DNA of 63,947 bases, filler included. It is 9 parts of 9 records of this genome, joined end to end, with 100 filler letters (N's around TTAATTAATTAA, not from the genome) between each part and the next. Parts side by side here need not be neighbours in the genome. Positions count along the whole stretch, not along the records: positions 1 to 9,085 come from SRR31147125_57889; positions 9,186 to 18,470 come from SRR31147125_58033; 7 more parts are not named here. The stretch is one strand, 5' to 3'. The notes beneath the pieces are model-generated. The model made no database searches. It was not told the origin of the DNA and saw nothing but the letters and a program-made list of their open reading frames with translations. Each line of letters starts with the position of its first letter. Position 1 is the stretch's first letter. The translations under genes were made by a program, and so were the position numbers. Below are positions 1 through 10,803 of the stretch, piece after piece.

Positions 1-936
1 CCCCCAGTTGGCATCTTCACCGAAAAAGGCGGTTTTAACCAGAGATGACGTCGCTACGGAACGAGCGGCCAGCCGGGCAACTTGATCGTCGGCGGCCCCA
101 GTGACATGGATTTGGACCTGTTTGCTTGCGCCCTCACCATCGCGTACGATCATTTTGGCAAGATCAAGCATGACGTCGTGTAACTTCTGCGCAAAACGGT
201 CCGCAGCATCCGTACCGGCCTTGATCTGAGGGCCTGAAGAACAACCGTTCGCTAGCAGCAGAACGGTATCATTGGTCGATGTATCACCATCAACAGTGAT
301 CGCGTTAAATGTTTTTTCAACCGTCTTCTTGAGAATCTGATCCAGATCGTCCTGTTCCAGGTTGGCATCGGTCAGAATAAACCCGAGCATGGTCGCCATG
401 TTCGGATGAATCATCCCGGCCCCTTTCGCCAGACCTAAAATCGTATAATCATCATCAGTCGAGGGACTGGCTACGGAGGTTTTGACAAAGGCGTCCGTCG
501 TCATAATCGCTTCAGCCACGCGATCTGCCTGATCTCCTGAGAGAGTATCTGCAAGTTGCGGGACAGTGCTCTCAAAAGGAGCATACGGAAGCGGTACCCC
601 GATGACACCTGTTGATGCGATTGCTATCAGCTCGTGAGGAAGATTCAACGTGTCCGCTGCCAGGTTGAGGGTCTTCTGTGCCAGAGCAAACCCCTCCGGA
701 CCGGTGCAGGCGTTCGCATTACCACTGTTGACAAGGATTGCCTGACACTCTCCCTTGGCAACATGCTCACGACTTATCACGACTGGAGCGGCGACAACCC
801 GGTTCTGAGTAAACACGCCGGCACAGGTCGCAGGCTGATCAGAAACGATCAGAGCAAGATCAAGCTTTCCCGATTTTTTGATACCACTTGCGCCAGCAGC
901 AAAACGAAATCCTTTTGGAGACGGCAACGTTGCCAT
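1..936 (-). CDS. argJ: Bifunctional ornithine acetyltransferase/N-acetylglutamate synthase (3' end runs off window)
   Basis: Manual translation from ATG at 936: MATLPSPKGFRFAAGASGIKKSGKLDLALI...KGAGMIHPNMATML...DGDTSTNDT...DGEGASK...SSLVKTAFFGEDANWG. These are ArgJ motifs. Absent from the ORF track because there is no stop in the window. Confidence 0.95.
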   Translation of the reverse strand, partial: MATLPSPKGFRFAAGASGIKKSGKLDLALIVSDQPATCAGVFTQNRVVAAPVVISREHVAKGECQAILVNSGNANACTGPEGFALAQKTLNLAADTLNLPHELIAIASTGVIGVPLPYAPFESTVPQLADTLSGDQADRVAEAIMTTDAFVKTSVASPSTDDDYTILGLAKGAGMIHPNMATMLGFILTDANLEQDDLDQILKKTVEKTFNAITVDGDTSTNDTVLLLANGCSSGPQIKAGTDAADRFAQKLHDVMLDLAKMIVRDGEGASKQVQIHVTGAADDQVARLAARSVATSSLVKTAFFGEDANWG

Positions 937-940
937 GTCC

Positions 941-2650
941 CTATCCTTTCAAACAGTTATGACTCTCTTCAGTTGGAAGCAGCAGACCGAAACAAGTCCC
1001 TTCATCGGTCACCTCTTCCAGAAAAATCTCACCCAGCATCCGATCGACAACCACTTTGGCCAGAGCCAGTCCAATCCCGACGCCATGCGGCTTTTCGGTA
1101 TCGATATCTCCCAGCTGTGTATAGGAGTTGAAGATCGTCTTATGCGCTTCCAGAGGAACACTCTGGCCCTGATTGTAAATCTGCAAATAAACATACTGCT
1201 GATCATTGTAGAGCTTTTCGACAGCTTTGATCCGGATCACGCCACCATCACGGTTAAACTTGATGGCATTGTCGATCAACGAATTCAACGCCATGCCGAA
1301 CTTCTCCTGATCACCGTAGATTTCAGGAAGATCATCCGCCAGATCGAGCTCTGTCGACAGAGAGCGTTCATTCACGCGACCATTGAAGTACTGCAGGGCA
1401 TCCGCAATCGGCCAGGCCACACCAAACGCCTTCCAGCGCCAGACCTCACGCTCCGACTCGATGGAGAAAAGTCGCAGCATCCCGGTGATCAGGCGCTCCA
1501 AACGCTTCCCTTCCTCGCGAACCTCTTCCAGATTTTCTTTGATCTCCTGCTCGGACATCTTGTCAAAGAACGACAAGGACAGGTCGACGTAACCCATGAT
1601 CGATGTCAATGGTGTCTTCAGTTCGTGAGACAGATTGCAGACCAGACGCGTCCGCGCCCTGTTCATACGAACCAGGTCCTCATTGGTTCGCTCCAGAGCG
1701 AGAGTCTGCTGCCTGAGGCTGTTGATCAGCTCAAAGTTTTCCATTGCCAGCGCAACCTGACTGGCGATCGTCATCAGCAGGTTCTGATCCTCGATATCAA
1801 AGGGCTCACCCGAGGTCTTATTATTAACGTTGATAACCCCGACCAGATCTTCACGAACATGAATCGGAACCGACAGCAGTGAGCGGTTCTTGTAGCGCTG
1901 GCCACCATCGAGACTCTTGAAACGCTTATCCTGATCGATATTCGGCACCAGGATCGCTTCTCCTGTCGCCAGAACATGTCCGGAGATCCCCTTTCCGGGT
2001 GCCACCCGAACGCTTTCAGCAATCGTCGAAGAAAGTCCGCGCGACGACGCGATATGCAGCATACCGTCATCTTCAACCAGCATCAGGGATGCGACTTCAA
2101 CCCCGGCTGAATGAACAATCGAGTCAAGAATCTGATCAAACAGGGCTTGCAGATCATTGCCGGAGCTGGCCGTTTCTCCCACCTTGCGCAACAGGACAAG
2201 ATCTGCCATCCGTCGTTGTGCTTCCTGGCGCAGCTGAGTCTGATGGATCGACTGAAAGTAGGAACTGACCCCCTGTTGCGTGACACGCAGGACCTCTTCC
2301 TGAGAAAACGGCTTAACGAGATAATCGAGAGCACGTTCACGCAAAACCTGCCTTGCGACATCAAAATCCTGACGCCCCGAAATCATCACCACCTGAATTT
2401 CCGGCGTGTGCTGTTTGATCATCCTGAGAACGTTGACACCATTTATATCGGGCAGGGCGACGTCACAGAACACCAGAGCGACATTCTCCTGATCCAGAAT
2501 GCTGGTGACCGCTCCTCCGACTTCACTGCGCAACACTGGATAACCGGAATCCTCAAGAAAATCTTCCAGCAGATCCAGTATCAACGGTGCGTCATCAATC
2601 AACAGGATCGACGGTTTCTGTTGTCGCTCGTCAGTCATGTTCCCGCTCAT
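941..2650 (-). CDS. Hybrid sensor histidine kinase (REC-GAF-HisKA-HATPase)
   Basis: N-terminal receiver (LLIDD, FCDVALPD, YLVKPF), GAF segment, H-box SHELKTPL, N-box NAIKF, G-box GIGL. Confidence 0.9.
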   Translation of the reverse strand: MSGNMTDERQQKPSILLIDDAPLILDLLEDFLEDSGYPVLRSEVGGAVTSILDQENVALVFCDVALPDINGVNVLRMIKQHTPEIQVVMISGRQDFDVARQVLRERALDYLVKPFSQEEVLRVTQQGVSSYFQSIHQTQLRQEAQRRMADLVLLRKVGETASSGNDLQALFDQILDSIVHSAGVEVASLMLVEDDGMLHIASSRGLSSTIAESVRVAPGKGISGHVLATGEAILVPNIDQDKRFKSLDGGQRYKNRSLLSVPIHVREDLVGVINVNNKTSGEPFDIEDQNLLMTIASQVALAMENFELINSLRQQTLALERTNEDLVRMNRARTRLVCNLSHELKTPLTSIMGYVDLSLSFFDKMSEQEIKENLEEVREEGKRLERLITGMLRLFSIESEREVWRWKAFGVAWPIADALQYFNGRVNERSLSTELDLADDLPEIYGDQEKFGMALNSLIDNAIKFNRDGGVIRIKAVEKLYNDQQYVYLQIYNQGQSVPLEAHKTIFNSYTQLGDIDTEKPHGVGIGLALAKVVVDRMLGEIFLEEVTDEGTCFGLLLPTEESHNCLKG

Positions 2651-2663
2651 AGGTCCGTGTCAG

Positions 2664-5351
2664 TTATCCGCAACATCTCTTGTACTTTTTGCCACTTCCG
2701 CAAGGACAGGGGTCATTCCGGCCGACTTTGTCCTCATCCCGCGTTGCCGGCGTTTTGGTCTGATCCTCACCTCCGACTCGACTCATCGCCTGCTGCTGCT
2801 TTCGCTGCTGAGCTTCCATCTGCTCAACATCTTCCTCACGAGCCAGCTGAATCCGGAAGATCTTCTGCAGCACTTCAGCACGAACCCGGCCCATCATTTC
2901 CATGAACAGGCTGTAAGCTTCACGCTTATACTCTTCCTTCGGATTTTTCTGTCCATAGCCGCGCAGACCGATCCCCTCTTTGAGGTGATCAATCGAGAGC
3001 AGATGGTCCTTCCACTGCGTGTCAACCGTCTGCAACATCAGGATACGCATCAGCTGCTCCATAACCGGCGTGGAGAACTCCTCCTCTTTTTCTTTCAGAT
3101 AGGCTTCGGCTGTCTGCTTAAGCCAAGCTTCCAGTTCATCACGCTTGATCTTCACCTGATCCAGCTGATCAAAGTCGGGGAAGAAACTGAACTGGGTGAC
3201 AAAATCTTCAATCAGACGCTTCCAGTCCCAGTCAGCACCCGTCGTTTTTTCCGGACAGAAAGAGGCAACCATATCCTCAACGGTTTCATGGACAATGCCC
3301 AGGTAGGTCTCCTTCAGCTGATCTCCAGCCAGAACTTCCCGCCGCTGCGCGTAGATCACCTCACGCTGACGGTTCATGACATCGTCATATTCGAGCAGGT
3401 GCTTACGGATATCGAAGTTGTGTGCCTCAACCTTCTTCTGAGCGTTTTCGATCGCCTTGCTGATAATGCCGTGCTCGATCGGCTCACCTTCAGGAATCTT
3501 CAGCTTGTCCATAACAAAAGCAACGCGCTGAGACCCGAAGATACGCAGCAGATCGTCTTCCAGGCTCAGGTAGAAACGGCTCTTACCCGGATCGCCCTGA
3601 CGTCCGGACCGCCCTCTGAGCTGATTATCGATACGGCGTGATTCATGGCGTTCGGTTCCGAGGATATAAAGTCCCCCGGCCTCCAGAACGTCTCTCTTTT
3701 CCTGCTCACAGTTTTCCTTAAAGCGCGGCAGCAGTTCTGTAAAGCGAGCTTCCGGATCGTCCGCGCTGGCGGCTTCAGCCCGTGCCATCATCTCCGGGTT
3801 GCCACCCAGAACAATATCGGTCCCGCGTCCCGCCATGTTAGTGGCGATGGTCACGGATCCTTTGCGACCCGCCTGGGCGACAATAAACGCCTCGCGCTCA
3901 TGCTGCTTTGCGTTCAGGACGTTGTGTGGAACGCCTCGTTTCTTCAACAGCGCAGATAGAACCTCAGATTTGTCGATGGTAATCGTACCGACCAGAACCG
4001 GCTGACCGCTCTTGTGGCATTCGACAATATCTTCAATCGCGGCCTTGAATTTCTCTTTTTCCGTTTTGTAGATCACATCCGACATGTCCTGACGGACCAT
4101 CGGCCGGTTGGTCGGAATAACGGTGACGCTCAGCTTGTAGATTTCACTGAATTCCACTTCTTCCGTTTCAGCCGTTCCGGTCATACCGGCGAGCTTGTCA
4201 TACATGCGGAAATAATTCTGGAAGGTGATCGTCGCCAGGGTCTGATTCTCACTGGCGATCTTGACCCCCTCTTTCGCTTCAACCGCCTGATGCAGACCAT
4301 CACTCCAACGCCGCCCCGGCATCAAACGCCCGGTAAATTCATCGACGATCTGAACCTCACCGTCCTTGACGACGTAATCAACATCCTTTTTGAACAGGGC
4401 GTGCGCCTTCAGAGCCTGATTCACGTGGTGCAGAATCTCGATATTCTGAGGCTCATACAGGTTGTCAACATTGAGCAGCTTCTCAATCTTGGCGACACCA
4501 GCTTCCGTCAGAGCTGATGATTTGGCTTTCTCATCAACGGTGAAATCACCGGTGTGCGTCTTGGTCGCCTGACCAATCTTGCCATCCCGCTCTTCGATGA
4601 TTTCCCCTTTTGAGAGTCTCGGGATAACCCTGTCGACACGGTAGTAAAGCTCACTGGAAGACTCGCTCGGGCCGGAGATAATCAGCGGCGTTCTGGCCTC
4701 ATCGATCAGGATCGAGTCAACCTCATCGACGATGGCATAATTCAGTTCGCGCTGAACATAATCCTCCAGATCAAACTTCATGTTATCGCGCAGGTAATCG
4801 AACCCGAATTCGTTGTTCGTGCCGTAGGTGATATCAGCCTGATAAGCATCCTTCCGATCCTGATCCGATATCCCGTGAACAACACAGGCAACCGTCAACC
4901 CGAGAAAACGGTAAATGCTCCCCATCCACTCGGCGTCCCGTTGGGCCAGATAATCGTTGACGGTGACAACATGGACACCTTTCCCGGTCAGAGCGTTCAG
5001 GTAGATCGGCAGGGTCGCCATCAGGGTCTTCCCCTCACCGGTTTTCATCTCTGCGATACGACCGGCATTCAGAACCATGCCACCGATCAGCTGCACGTCA
5101 AAATGGCGCATCCCCAAAACACGTTTACTCGCTTCTCGCACAACCGCAAAGGCTTCCGGCAACAACTGATCAAGGGTGTCACCGTCATTCAGGCGGCTCC
5201 GAAACTCAACCGTCTTCGCCTGCAGCTGTTCATCGTTCAAGGCCTCAAGGGATGGCTCAAGTGCATTGATTTCGTCGACCATCGGCTGCATTTTTTTCAG
5301 GTCGCGATCGTTCTGACTACCGACTATTTTTTGTACCAGCGAACGTAACAT
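2664..5351 (-). CDS. secA: Preprotein translocase subunit SecA
   Basis: 895 aa with [37 protein letters not shown] and C-terminal [19 protein letters not shown]. Confidence 0.99.
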   Translation of the reverse strand: MLRSLVQKIVGSQNDRDLKKMQPMVDEINALEPSLEALNDEQLQAKTVEFRSRLNDGDTLDQLLPEAFAVVREASKRVLGMRHFDVQLIGGMVLNAGRIAEMKTGEGKTLMATLPIYLNALTGKGVHVVTVNDYLAQRDAEWMGSIYRFLGLTVACVVHGISDQDRKDAYQADITYGTNNEFGFDYLRDNMKFDLEDYVQRELNYAIVDEVDSILIDEARTPLIISGPSESSSELYYRVDRVIPRLSKGEIIEERDGKIGQATKTHTGDFTVDEKAKSSALTEAGVAKIEKLLNVDNLYEPQNIEILHHVNQALKAHALFKKDVDYVVKDGEVQIVDEFTGRLMPGRRWSDGLHQAVEAKEGVKIASENQTLATITFQNYFRMYDKLAGMTGTAETEEVEFSEIYKLSVTVIPTNRPMVRQDMSDVIYKTEKEKFKAAIEDIVECHKSGQPVLVGTITIDKSEVLSALLKKRGVPHNVLNAKQHEREAFIVAQAGRKGSVTIATNMAGRGTDIVLGGNPEMMARAEAASADDPEARFTELLPRFKENCEQEKRDVLEAGGLYILGTERHESRRIDNQLRGRSGRQGDPGKSRFYLSLEDDLLRIFGSQRVAFVMDKLKIPEGEPIEHGIISKAIENAQKKVEAHNFDIRKHLLEYDDVMNRQREVIYAQRREVLAGDQLKETYLGIVHETVEDMVASFCPEKTTGADWDWKRLIEDFVTQFSFFPDFDQLDQVKIKRDELEAWLKQTAEAYLKEKEEEFSTPVMEQLMRILMLQTVDTQWKDHLLSIDHLKEGIGLRGYGQKNPKEEYKREAYSLFMEMMGRVRAEVLQKIFRIQLAREEDVEQMEAQQRKQQQAMSRVGGEDQTKTPATRDEDKVGRNDPCPCGSGKKYKRCCG

Positions 5352-5589
5352 TGCTTAATAGACTCCAAAAATCCGACATCAGAAACAAGAGTCGGACAAC
5401 CTTCATGATAAAAGAAAAGCTTAATAACAGCGGCTTGATAATCGGCGCATAATACCACAGCAAATCAAGCTGCCACAAGCATTAATGAGCGGTTAAAACG
5501 TTGGAATTTTCAGGATTTGCGTCAGGTTTAATAAATCAGAAAAAGCGGAAAGGCAGAGCAACGACGACCCGCTTCAGTCGGTGAGAAAT

Positions 5590-6452
5590 CTAAAGAGTTT
5601 TGCGCGGATCGATCGGGACACCGTTCAAACGCAGTTCGTAGTGAAGGTGAGGACCGGTGGATTGTCCCGTATTACCAACCAGAGCGATCCGTTCCCCCTC
5701 TTGATCCGCTGACCAGAGTTGACCAGAATTTTAGAGTTGTGCCCAAAGATTGTCCGATAGCCGTAACCATGATCAATGACGACCGACTTGCCGTAGCTCC
5801 TGGAAAATTCAACCCGAGCAACGATTCCATCTGCGGTCGCATAGACCGGCGTTCCCGTGTTGGCCGCGATATCAAGCCCTTCATGCATCACCCGCCGACC
5901 GGTAAAGGGAGACTTACGGGTCCCGAAATAAGACGTGATCCACCCCTTGGTCGGCCAGCCCTTGGGGGTCGCACGACTGATCGAAACCTGATCATTCAGG
6001 AGGTTCCGCGTATCTTCCTGGCTTTGTCGACGCAGTTCGATATCAACCATCAACTGATTGATCTGCTGCTGCAATTCGTCAACCGACTCACCAGCTTCTT
6101 CCGGCAGCCCCCCGATTGCAATCGGCAGATCATGTACGGGCGCCTCAAGCGCGGCAAGCTGGCGCACACGAGCTTCTGTATCTGCGAGAGCTTTCATCTC
6201 GACCTGGACGTCTGATAAATCCAGCGCCAGACGCTTCAGCTCCTGCCGTTGCAGATTATTCTCAGCCCGAAGCCGCTGAAGCTCAGAGCGGTCGATTGTG
6301 ACTGTCAGATAGCTGTAGCTGAAGTAGGCAAGAACCCCGACCAGCGCCAGACAGAGAGAGAGCGACAGCGCGAGCGCAGAACGACGGACATGAAAACGTC
6401 GAATCCTCTCATTTGCCTCTGGTATCAGAATCACCTTAAAACGTTTTGCCAC
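5590..6452 (-). CDS. M23 family peptidase with N-terminal TM and coiled coil; frameshift in G-run near 5695
   Basis: HEGLDIA motif. Adding one G restores [21 protein letters not shown]...DPRKTL* with stop at 5590. Confidence 0.9.
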
Positions 6453-6485
6453 AACAAGCTCTCCAACAAGATTCGCGAATCCTGA

Positions 6486-6845
6486 TTATGAGTCCTCTCC
6501 AGCCATACGTTGAAACCGCTGAAGAATACTCCTGACGTAAACACATTCACATTCGGCGGGACATGCTCTCAAATTATTACGATGCAGGCAATACCCTGCA
6601 CACTCCTCAGATCCTTTTTTCGTTTCCTGAAATATCGGCCCGGAATAAAGATCCGAAAATTCCGACACCTTGACAGACAAGGTCCCGTTACAAGAGTGAT
6701 TAAAAAGAAAAAGCCCCTTTTCCAGATCTACGAAGTTTGCCTGATAACCAATGATTGCAACATCGCTATCGTCTATAAATTGCTCTCGCGTCGGCCAGGT
6801 TACCCCACAGACGCTGCAACGCTTGTACTGATGTTCCGCCAACAT
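6486..6845 (-). CDS. Cys-rich hypothetical protein, probably metal-binding
   Basis: 119 aa with CSVC, HSC, CAGYC and CPAECEC; SD-like AGAGAGT upstream; co-oriented with neighbours. Confidence 0.7.
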   Translation of the reverse strand: MLAEHQYKRCSVCGVTWPTREQFIDDSDVAIIGYQANFVDLEKGLFLFNHSCNGTLSVKVSEFSDLYSGPIFQETKKGSEECAGYCLHRNNLRACPAECECVYVRSILQRFQRMAGEDS

Positions 6846-6900
6846 GAACAGACCTACTCTCTAATATTATAGACTCTTAATAACACATACCGACAAAACA

Positions 6901-7352
6901 TTACAAGACATTAATCGCCAGAGCAAACTCATCACAATCAGGAAACTTAACGCAATTAATACAATCACCCCAGACCTTCTGTGGAAGCTCTGACTTCTCG
7001 ATATCCGCAAATCCCAGCTTTTTAAAAAATTCGGCTGATAAGTCAGGGCAAAAACCCTCTTCAGACCCAGTTCGCGCGCCTCTTCCAAACAGGCTGCGAC
7101 TAATTTGCGCCCGACACCCTTACCCTGCTGCCCTTCTGCAACAGCGAGCGAACGGACTTCCGCAAGATCCTCCCAGCAGATCGCTAAAGCCCCGACGCCA
7201 AGGATTGCTCCATCTTCTTCGTAAACGTAAAAATCGCGGATAGCATCATAGATATCGGCCAGTGACCGACCCAACAGCTGCCCATCCTTTGCGTACAACA
7301 GCAGAAGCTGATGAATGGCACGGGCATCCGGTATACGAGCATGACGAATCAT
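6901..7352 (-). CDS. N-acetyltransferase, short ArgA-type GNAT; frameshift near 7030
   Basis: WEDLAEVRSLAV, GKGVG, VFALTY. The shifted frame continues FFKKLGF...ELPQKVWGDCINCVKFPDCDE to a stop at 6901. Confidence 0.88.
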
Positions 7353-9064
7353 AATGTCCTCATAGTAAAATCGATTAACGCGCTGTCGGTCTCAGGCGAC
7401 TGCGCTCTGGATTCCTGAATCAGCGCACAAGCGTGTGTCCGGGCCTGTTCGCCAGCGTGCGCCCCACCCAGCATCCTGGCAATCTCAGAGACCCTGCCAT
7501 CTGCATTGAGTTGCGTCAGGCGGGTCACAGTTCTCCCCTCCGCTTCCTCTTTGCTGACATTAAAATGATGATCAGAGAACGCAGCAACCTGCGGCAGATG
7601 CGTCACACAAAGAACCTGAAAACGCTGCCCGAGGCGACCTATTTTCTCCCCGACAGCGGTTGCCGCTTCACCACCGATTCCGGCGTCCACTTCATCAAAT
7701 ATCAGGGTACGAGCATGGTCACCTTCCGGCGCACAGCGCTTCAGTGCCAGCATAATACGCGAAAGTTCGCCACCGGATGCCACCCTGGCCAAAGGCTGCT
7801 GGTCTTCACCGACATTGGCCGCCAGATAAAACTCCGCAGACTCCAGTCCTTCTGCGGTCGGCTCACCGAGAGACTTGAACTGAACGTTAAAGCGCGTCTT
7901 CCCCATTGCAAGTTCCGTCAGCTCACGCTCAACTTCAACTGACAATGCGGCCGCGGCTTCGCGACGACGATCCGACACGATCTGTCCCGCCTGCAACAGC
8001 TCACTACGGACACGCATCAACTCCGCATCGAGTTCGTCACGCTGCTGGTCAAAATGCTCAAGATCGTCAATCTCCTGGGTAATCGTCGACAGGTACACGA
8101 TCAATTCATTCAGGCCGGGCGCATACTTCCTTTTCAGACCGGCGATCTGAGCAAGGCGATCTTCAACCTGCTGCTGTCTCTGTGGCTCGAAATCCAACTG
8201 GGAAGAGTACTTTCGCAACTCAGTCGCAACATCCTCCAAACCATATTGATAACCACGCAGGCGCTCACACAGGGCGTCGAGTTGAGGATCGACTCCCTGA
8301 AGGTTCTCAAGAGAATCCGCGACAGAAGAAACCGCTTCAATGGCCGAATCCTGAGCACCGTAAAGGCGGTTATAGCCGCCCTGGGTTGCGGTCATCAGTT
8401 TTTCTGCGTGGACGAGCAATGAACGCTCCTGTTCAAGCTCGGTATCTTCATCAGCAATCAGGCCGGCCGCCTCAAGTTCCTGCTTCTGAAAACGGAGCAT
8501 ATCGAGCCGCTGCTGGCGCTCACGTTCACGGACATCCAAAGTATCACGGCGGCGCTGCAACTCCAGATGGTCACGATAAATCTGCCGGTAGTGATCAAGC
8601 GTATCGGAAGCGCCGGCAAAGCTGTCAAGCAGAGCCAGATGGGTTTCCGATCGCTGAAGGTTCTGATGCTCGTTCTGCCCGTAGATATGGACAAGGCCGC
8701 CTGTCAGTTCGCGCAACTGGGTCAAGGCAACCGCGGACCCGTTGATGAAGATTCTATTTTTACCGCTGCGCGAGAGAATACGCCTGACCACAAATTCGTG
8801 ACCGGCGGACAGGCCCGACTCACTGAGACGTGCAATAAAATCTTCCTGTCCCGACACATCGAAGACCGCCTCTACGGTCGCATCATCGGCTCCGGTCCTG
8901 ATAACATCCCCCCGGGCACGGCCACCGAGAAGCAAGTTAACCGCGTCGATAATGATCGACTTACCAGCCCCGGTTTCCCCTGTTAGGACATTGAACCCGG
9001 ACGAAAAGCTAACGTCCAGGCTCTCAATGATGGCAAAATTTTTGATAATTAAATCGGTCAGCAT
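7349..9064 (-). CDS. recN: DNA repair protein RecN
   Basis: LTGETGAGKS Walker A, ASGGELSR signature, IFDEVDAG, VTHLPQVAA. Confidence 0.98.
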   Translation of the reverse strand: MLTDLIIKNFAIIESLDVSFSSGFNVLTGETGAGKSIIIDAVNLLLGGRARGDVIRTGADDATVEAVFDVSGQEDFIARLSESGLSAGHEFVVRRILSRSGKNRIFINGSAVALTQLRELTGGLVHIYGQNEHQNLQRSETHLALLDSFAGASDTLDHYRQIYRDHLELQRRRDTLDVRERERQQRLDMLRFQKQELEAAGLIADEDTELEQERSLLVHAEKLMTATQGGYNRLYGAQDSAIEAVSSVADSLENLQGVDPQLDALCERLRGYQYGLEDVATELRKYSSQLDFEPQRQQQVEDRLAQIAGLKRKYAPGLNELIVYLSTITQEIDDLEHFDQQRDELDAELMRVRSELLQAGQIVSDRRREAAAALSVEVERELTELAMGKTRFNVQFKSLGEPTAEGLESAEFYLAANVGEDQQPLARVASGGELSRIMLALKRCAPEGDHARTLIFDEVDAGIGGEAATAVGEKIGRLGQRFQVLCVTHLPQVAAFSDHHFNVSKEEAEGRTVTRLTQLNADGRVSEIARMLGGAHAGEQARTHACALIQESRAQSPETDSALIDFTMRTL

Positions 9065-9085
9065 AGTGTGAGTGTCGCAAGCAAA

Positions 9086-9185
9086 NNNNNNNNNNNNNNN
9101 NNNNNNNNNNNNNNNNNNNNNNNNNNNNNTTAATTAATTAANNNNNNNNNNNNNNNNNNNNNNNNNNNNNNNNNNNNNNNNNNNN
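9086..9185. other. Artificial contig spacer
   Basis: 100 nt: N-run, TTAATTAATTAA, N-run; composition changes across it. Confidence 0.97.
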
Positions 9186-9213
9186 CGCGCTAACCGGGCT
9201 GCGCTACGCCCCG
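9186..9213 (-). tRNA. 5' fragment (28 nt) of a tRNA, probably tRNA-Pro, truncated by the contig end
   Basis: Reverse complement CGGGGCGTAGCGCAGCCCGGTTAGCGCG matches the typical tRNA-Pro acceptor 5' strand plus D-arm (GCGC...GG..A.GCGC). Anticodon not in the window. Confidence 0.75.
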
Positions 9214-9806
9214 AAATTTGTTACAAAGTAATCTCGAAATTTATGTAAAGCCAAACCGCGATGGCTTATTTTATTTTTTAGTTCCAGACTCATTTCTGAA
9301 AATGTCTTACTGTATTCCGGAACATAAAATATCGGATCATATCCAAATCCAGAATCACCCCTTTTTTCTTCCAGTATCTGTCCTTTACAAATTCCGTCAA
9401 CAGTTTCTATTGTATCTTTGTATACGAAAGCTATAACTGTTCTGAATTGTGCTTTTCTCTGATGAGAGGGGGTGCCTTTCAAATCCTGTAAAAGCTTTTG
9501 AACATTGTCTTCGTAACTCGCGCCTTCACCTGCAAATCGACTTGAAAAAACTCCCGGTTGACCGTTTAAAGCTTCAACCTCAAGGCCTGTATCATCTGCG
9601 AGTGCAGGCAATCCGGATATTTTTGAAAGAACAGATGCTTTTTTTATCGCATTACCTTCCAAACTAGACTTGTCTTCGACAACTTCAGGAAGGCCATCAA
9701 TGTCGTTTGCAGATAGAATCTCTATATCTAAACCGTTTAATACCTGCTTGATTTCTGTAACTTTGTCGTTATTTCTTGTAGCAAGTAATATTTTATTTAG
9801 AATCAT
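9204..9806 (-). CDS. rdgB: XTP/dITP diphosphatase (Ham1 family)
   Basis: LATRNNDK, LADDTGLEV, GFGYDPIF, KNKISHRG. Confidence 0.96.
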   Translation of the reverse strand: MILNKILLATRNNDKVTEIKQVLNGLDIEILSANDIDGLPEVVEDKSSLEGNAIKKASVLSKISGLPALADDTGLEVEALNGQPGVFSSRFAGEGASYEDNVQKLLQDLKGTPSHQRKAQFRTVIAFVYKDTIETVDGICKGQILEEKRGDSGFGYDPIFYVPEYSKTFSEMSLELKNKISHRGLALHKFRDYFVTNFGA

Positions 9807-9824
9807 GAAATTGCGAGGAGATTA

Positions 9825-10019
9825 CTAAAACAGTTCTTTTTCATTACATTTGCAATAGGGAACAAAATTGTCATTAAAACCCCAGCTGTTTTTATCTGTT
9901 TTCTTTACAGTTTCAACCACAAGGATCATATTTTGTAATTCCCCACATTGCGGACAATGCTTTGCAGTGAGTTGGGACGATTTTGCCACTTTTGCTGCGA
10001 AACTTTTATCTTTAGCCAT
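9825..10019 (-). CDS. Small basic protein with CxxC...CxC, DUF4295-like
   Basis: 64 aa MAKDKSFAAKVAK...CPQC...VETVKKTDKNSWGF...CKC; SD GGAG upstream. Confidence 0.7.
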   Translation of the reverse strand: MAKDKSFAAKVAKSSQLTAKHCPQCGELQNMILVVETVKKTDKNSWGFNDNFVPYCKCNEKELF

Positions 10020-10174
10020 TTGTCATTACTCCATTGTTTTTCATAACGGCAGATCATAATATAATGAAAATTATGAAAAAGTCAATGAAAAAATAAAAAT
10101 ATAGCAAAATAAAGTTTGAAAATATCAATATGCTAATTGGTCGGTTATGTTTTCACCAATCTATTTAGAAACAG

Positions 10175-10213
10175 ATATAAACAGCAAAGGCTCTACCTTG
10201 ATAGAGCCCTTGC
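10175..10213 (-). terminator. Intrinsic terminator after the OMP gene
   Basis: Minus-strand stem GCAAGGGCTCTA/TAGAGCCTTTGC followed by a U-rich tail. Confidence 0.6.
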
Positions 10214-10236
10214 AAAAGTGGATATGTTTGATGAAT

Positions 10237-10803
10237 TTATTTGAGCTTGTAGCTGACTCCAACATAAATTCCAAAACTGTCAGCACCACCAATACTGTAT
10301 TTTAATTCTGCAAAACCATCCATTTGGGGAGATAATTCCATGGCCGCACCACCGATAAGATGAACAGCCAGGTCTGTATCACTACTGGATTCATCTATCT
10401 TGGTACCTGTGAACGGTTCGGTATATTCAAAGCTGGCTGAGCCAATGTCAAATCCAAGGCCTCCGCCTGCATAAGGTTTAATATTGCCATCCATCTCAAA
10501 ATGATATTTGGCAATGGCTGCTATACCGAATACCGAAAAAGTCAAATCAGCGGATGTGCCAAACATATTATCATCATAACCTTTGCTCCAGTAATCCAGG
10601 TAACCATGAAGGGTCAAATTGGGCATGAGCGTTCCGAGGTCAGCATGTAAACCAAATCCCAGTGTGTTGTCAATGGGATCTTCCGGCATGATAAAACCAA
10701 TCCGACCACCAGCTGCTTTTAATCCCAGATCAGCCTCTGCAAATACAGAAGAAGCACCTGCAATGAGTGTTAAAACCATGAAAAGAGTAAAATATTTTTT
10801 CAT
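10237..10803 (-). CDS. Outer-membrane beta-barrel protein (OmpA/OmpW-like small barrel)
   Basis: Signal peptide, alternating hydrophobic strands, KPYAGGGLG, terminal strand YVGVSYKL. Confidence 0.8.
   Translation of the reverse strand: MKKYFTLFMVLTLIAGASSVFAEADLGLKAAGGRIGFIMPEDPIDNTLGFGLHADLGTLMPNLTLHGYLDYWSKGYDDNMFGTSADLTFSVFGIAAIAKYHFEMDGNIKPYAGGGLGFDIGSASFEYTEPFTGTKIDESSSDTDLAVHLIGGAAMELSPQMDGFAELKYSIGGADSFGIYVGVSYKLK

Noticed and set aside
634-3641. Long plus-strand ORFs opposite argJ, the kinase and secA (likewise 54106-55014 and 57427-58725)
   Set aside because: Antisense shadows of well-supported genes with no recognisable motifs.
9086-9185. TTAATTAATTAA repeated eight times within N-runs, and ORFs ending in X...LIN
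   Set aside because: Assembly linker with stops in all frames; not biological.
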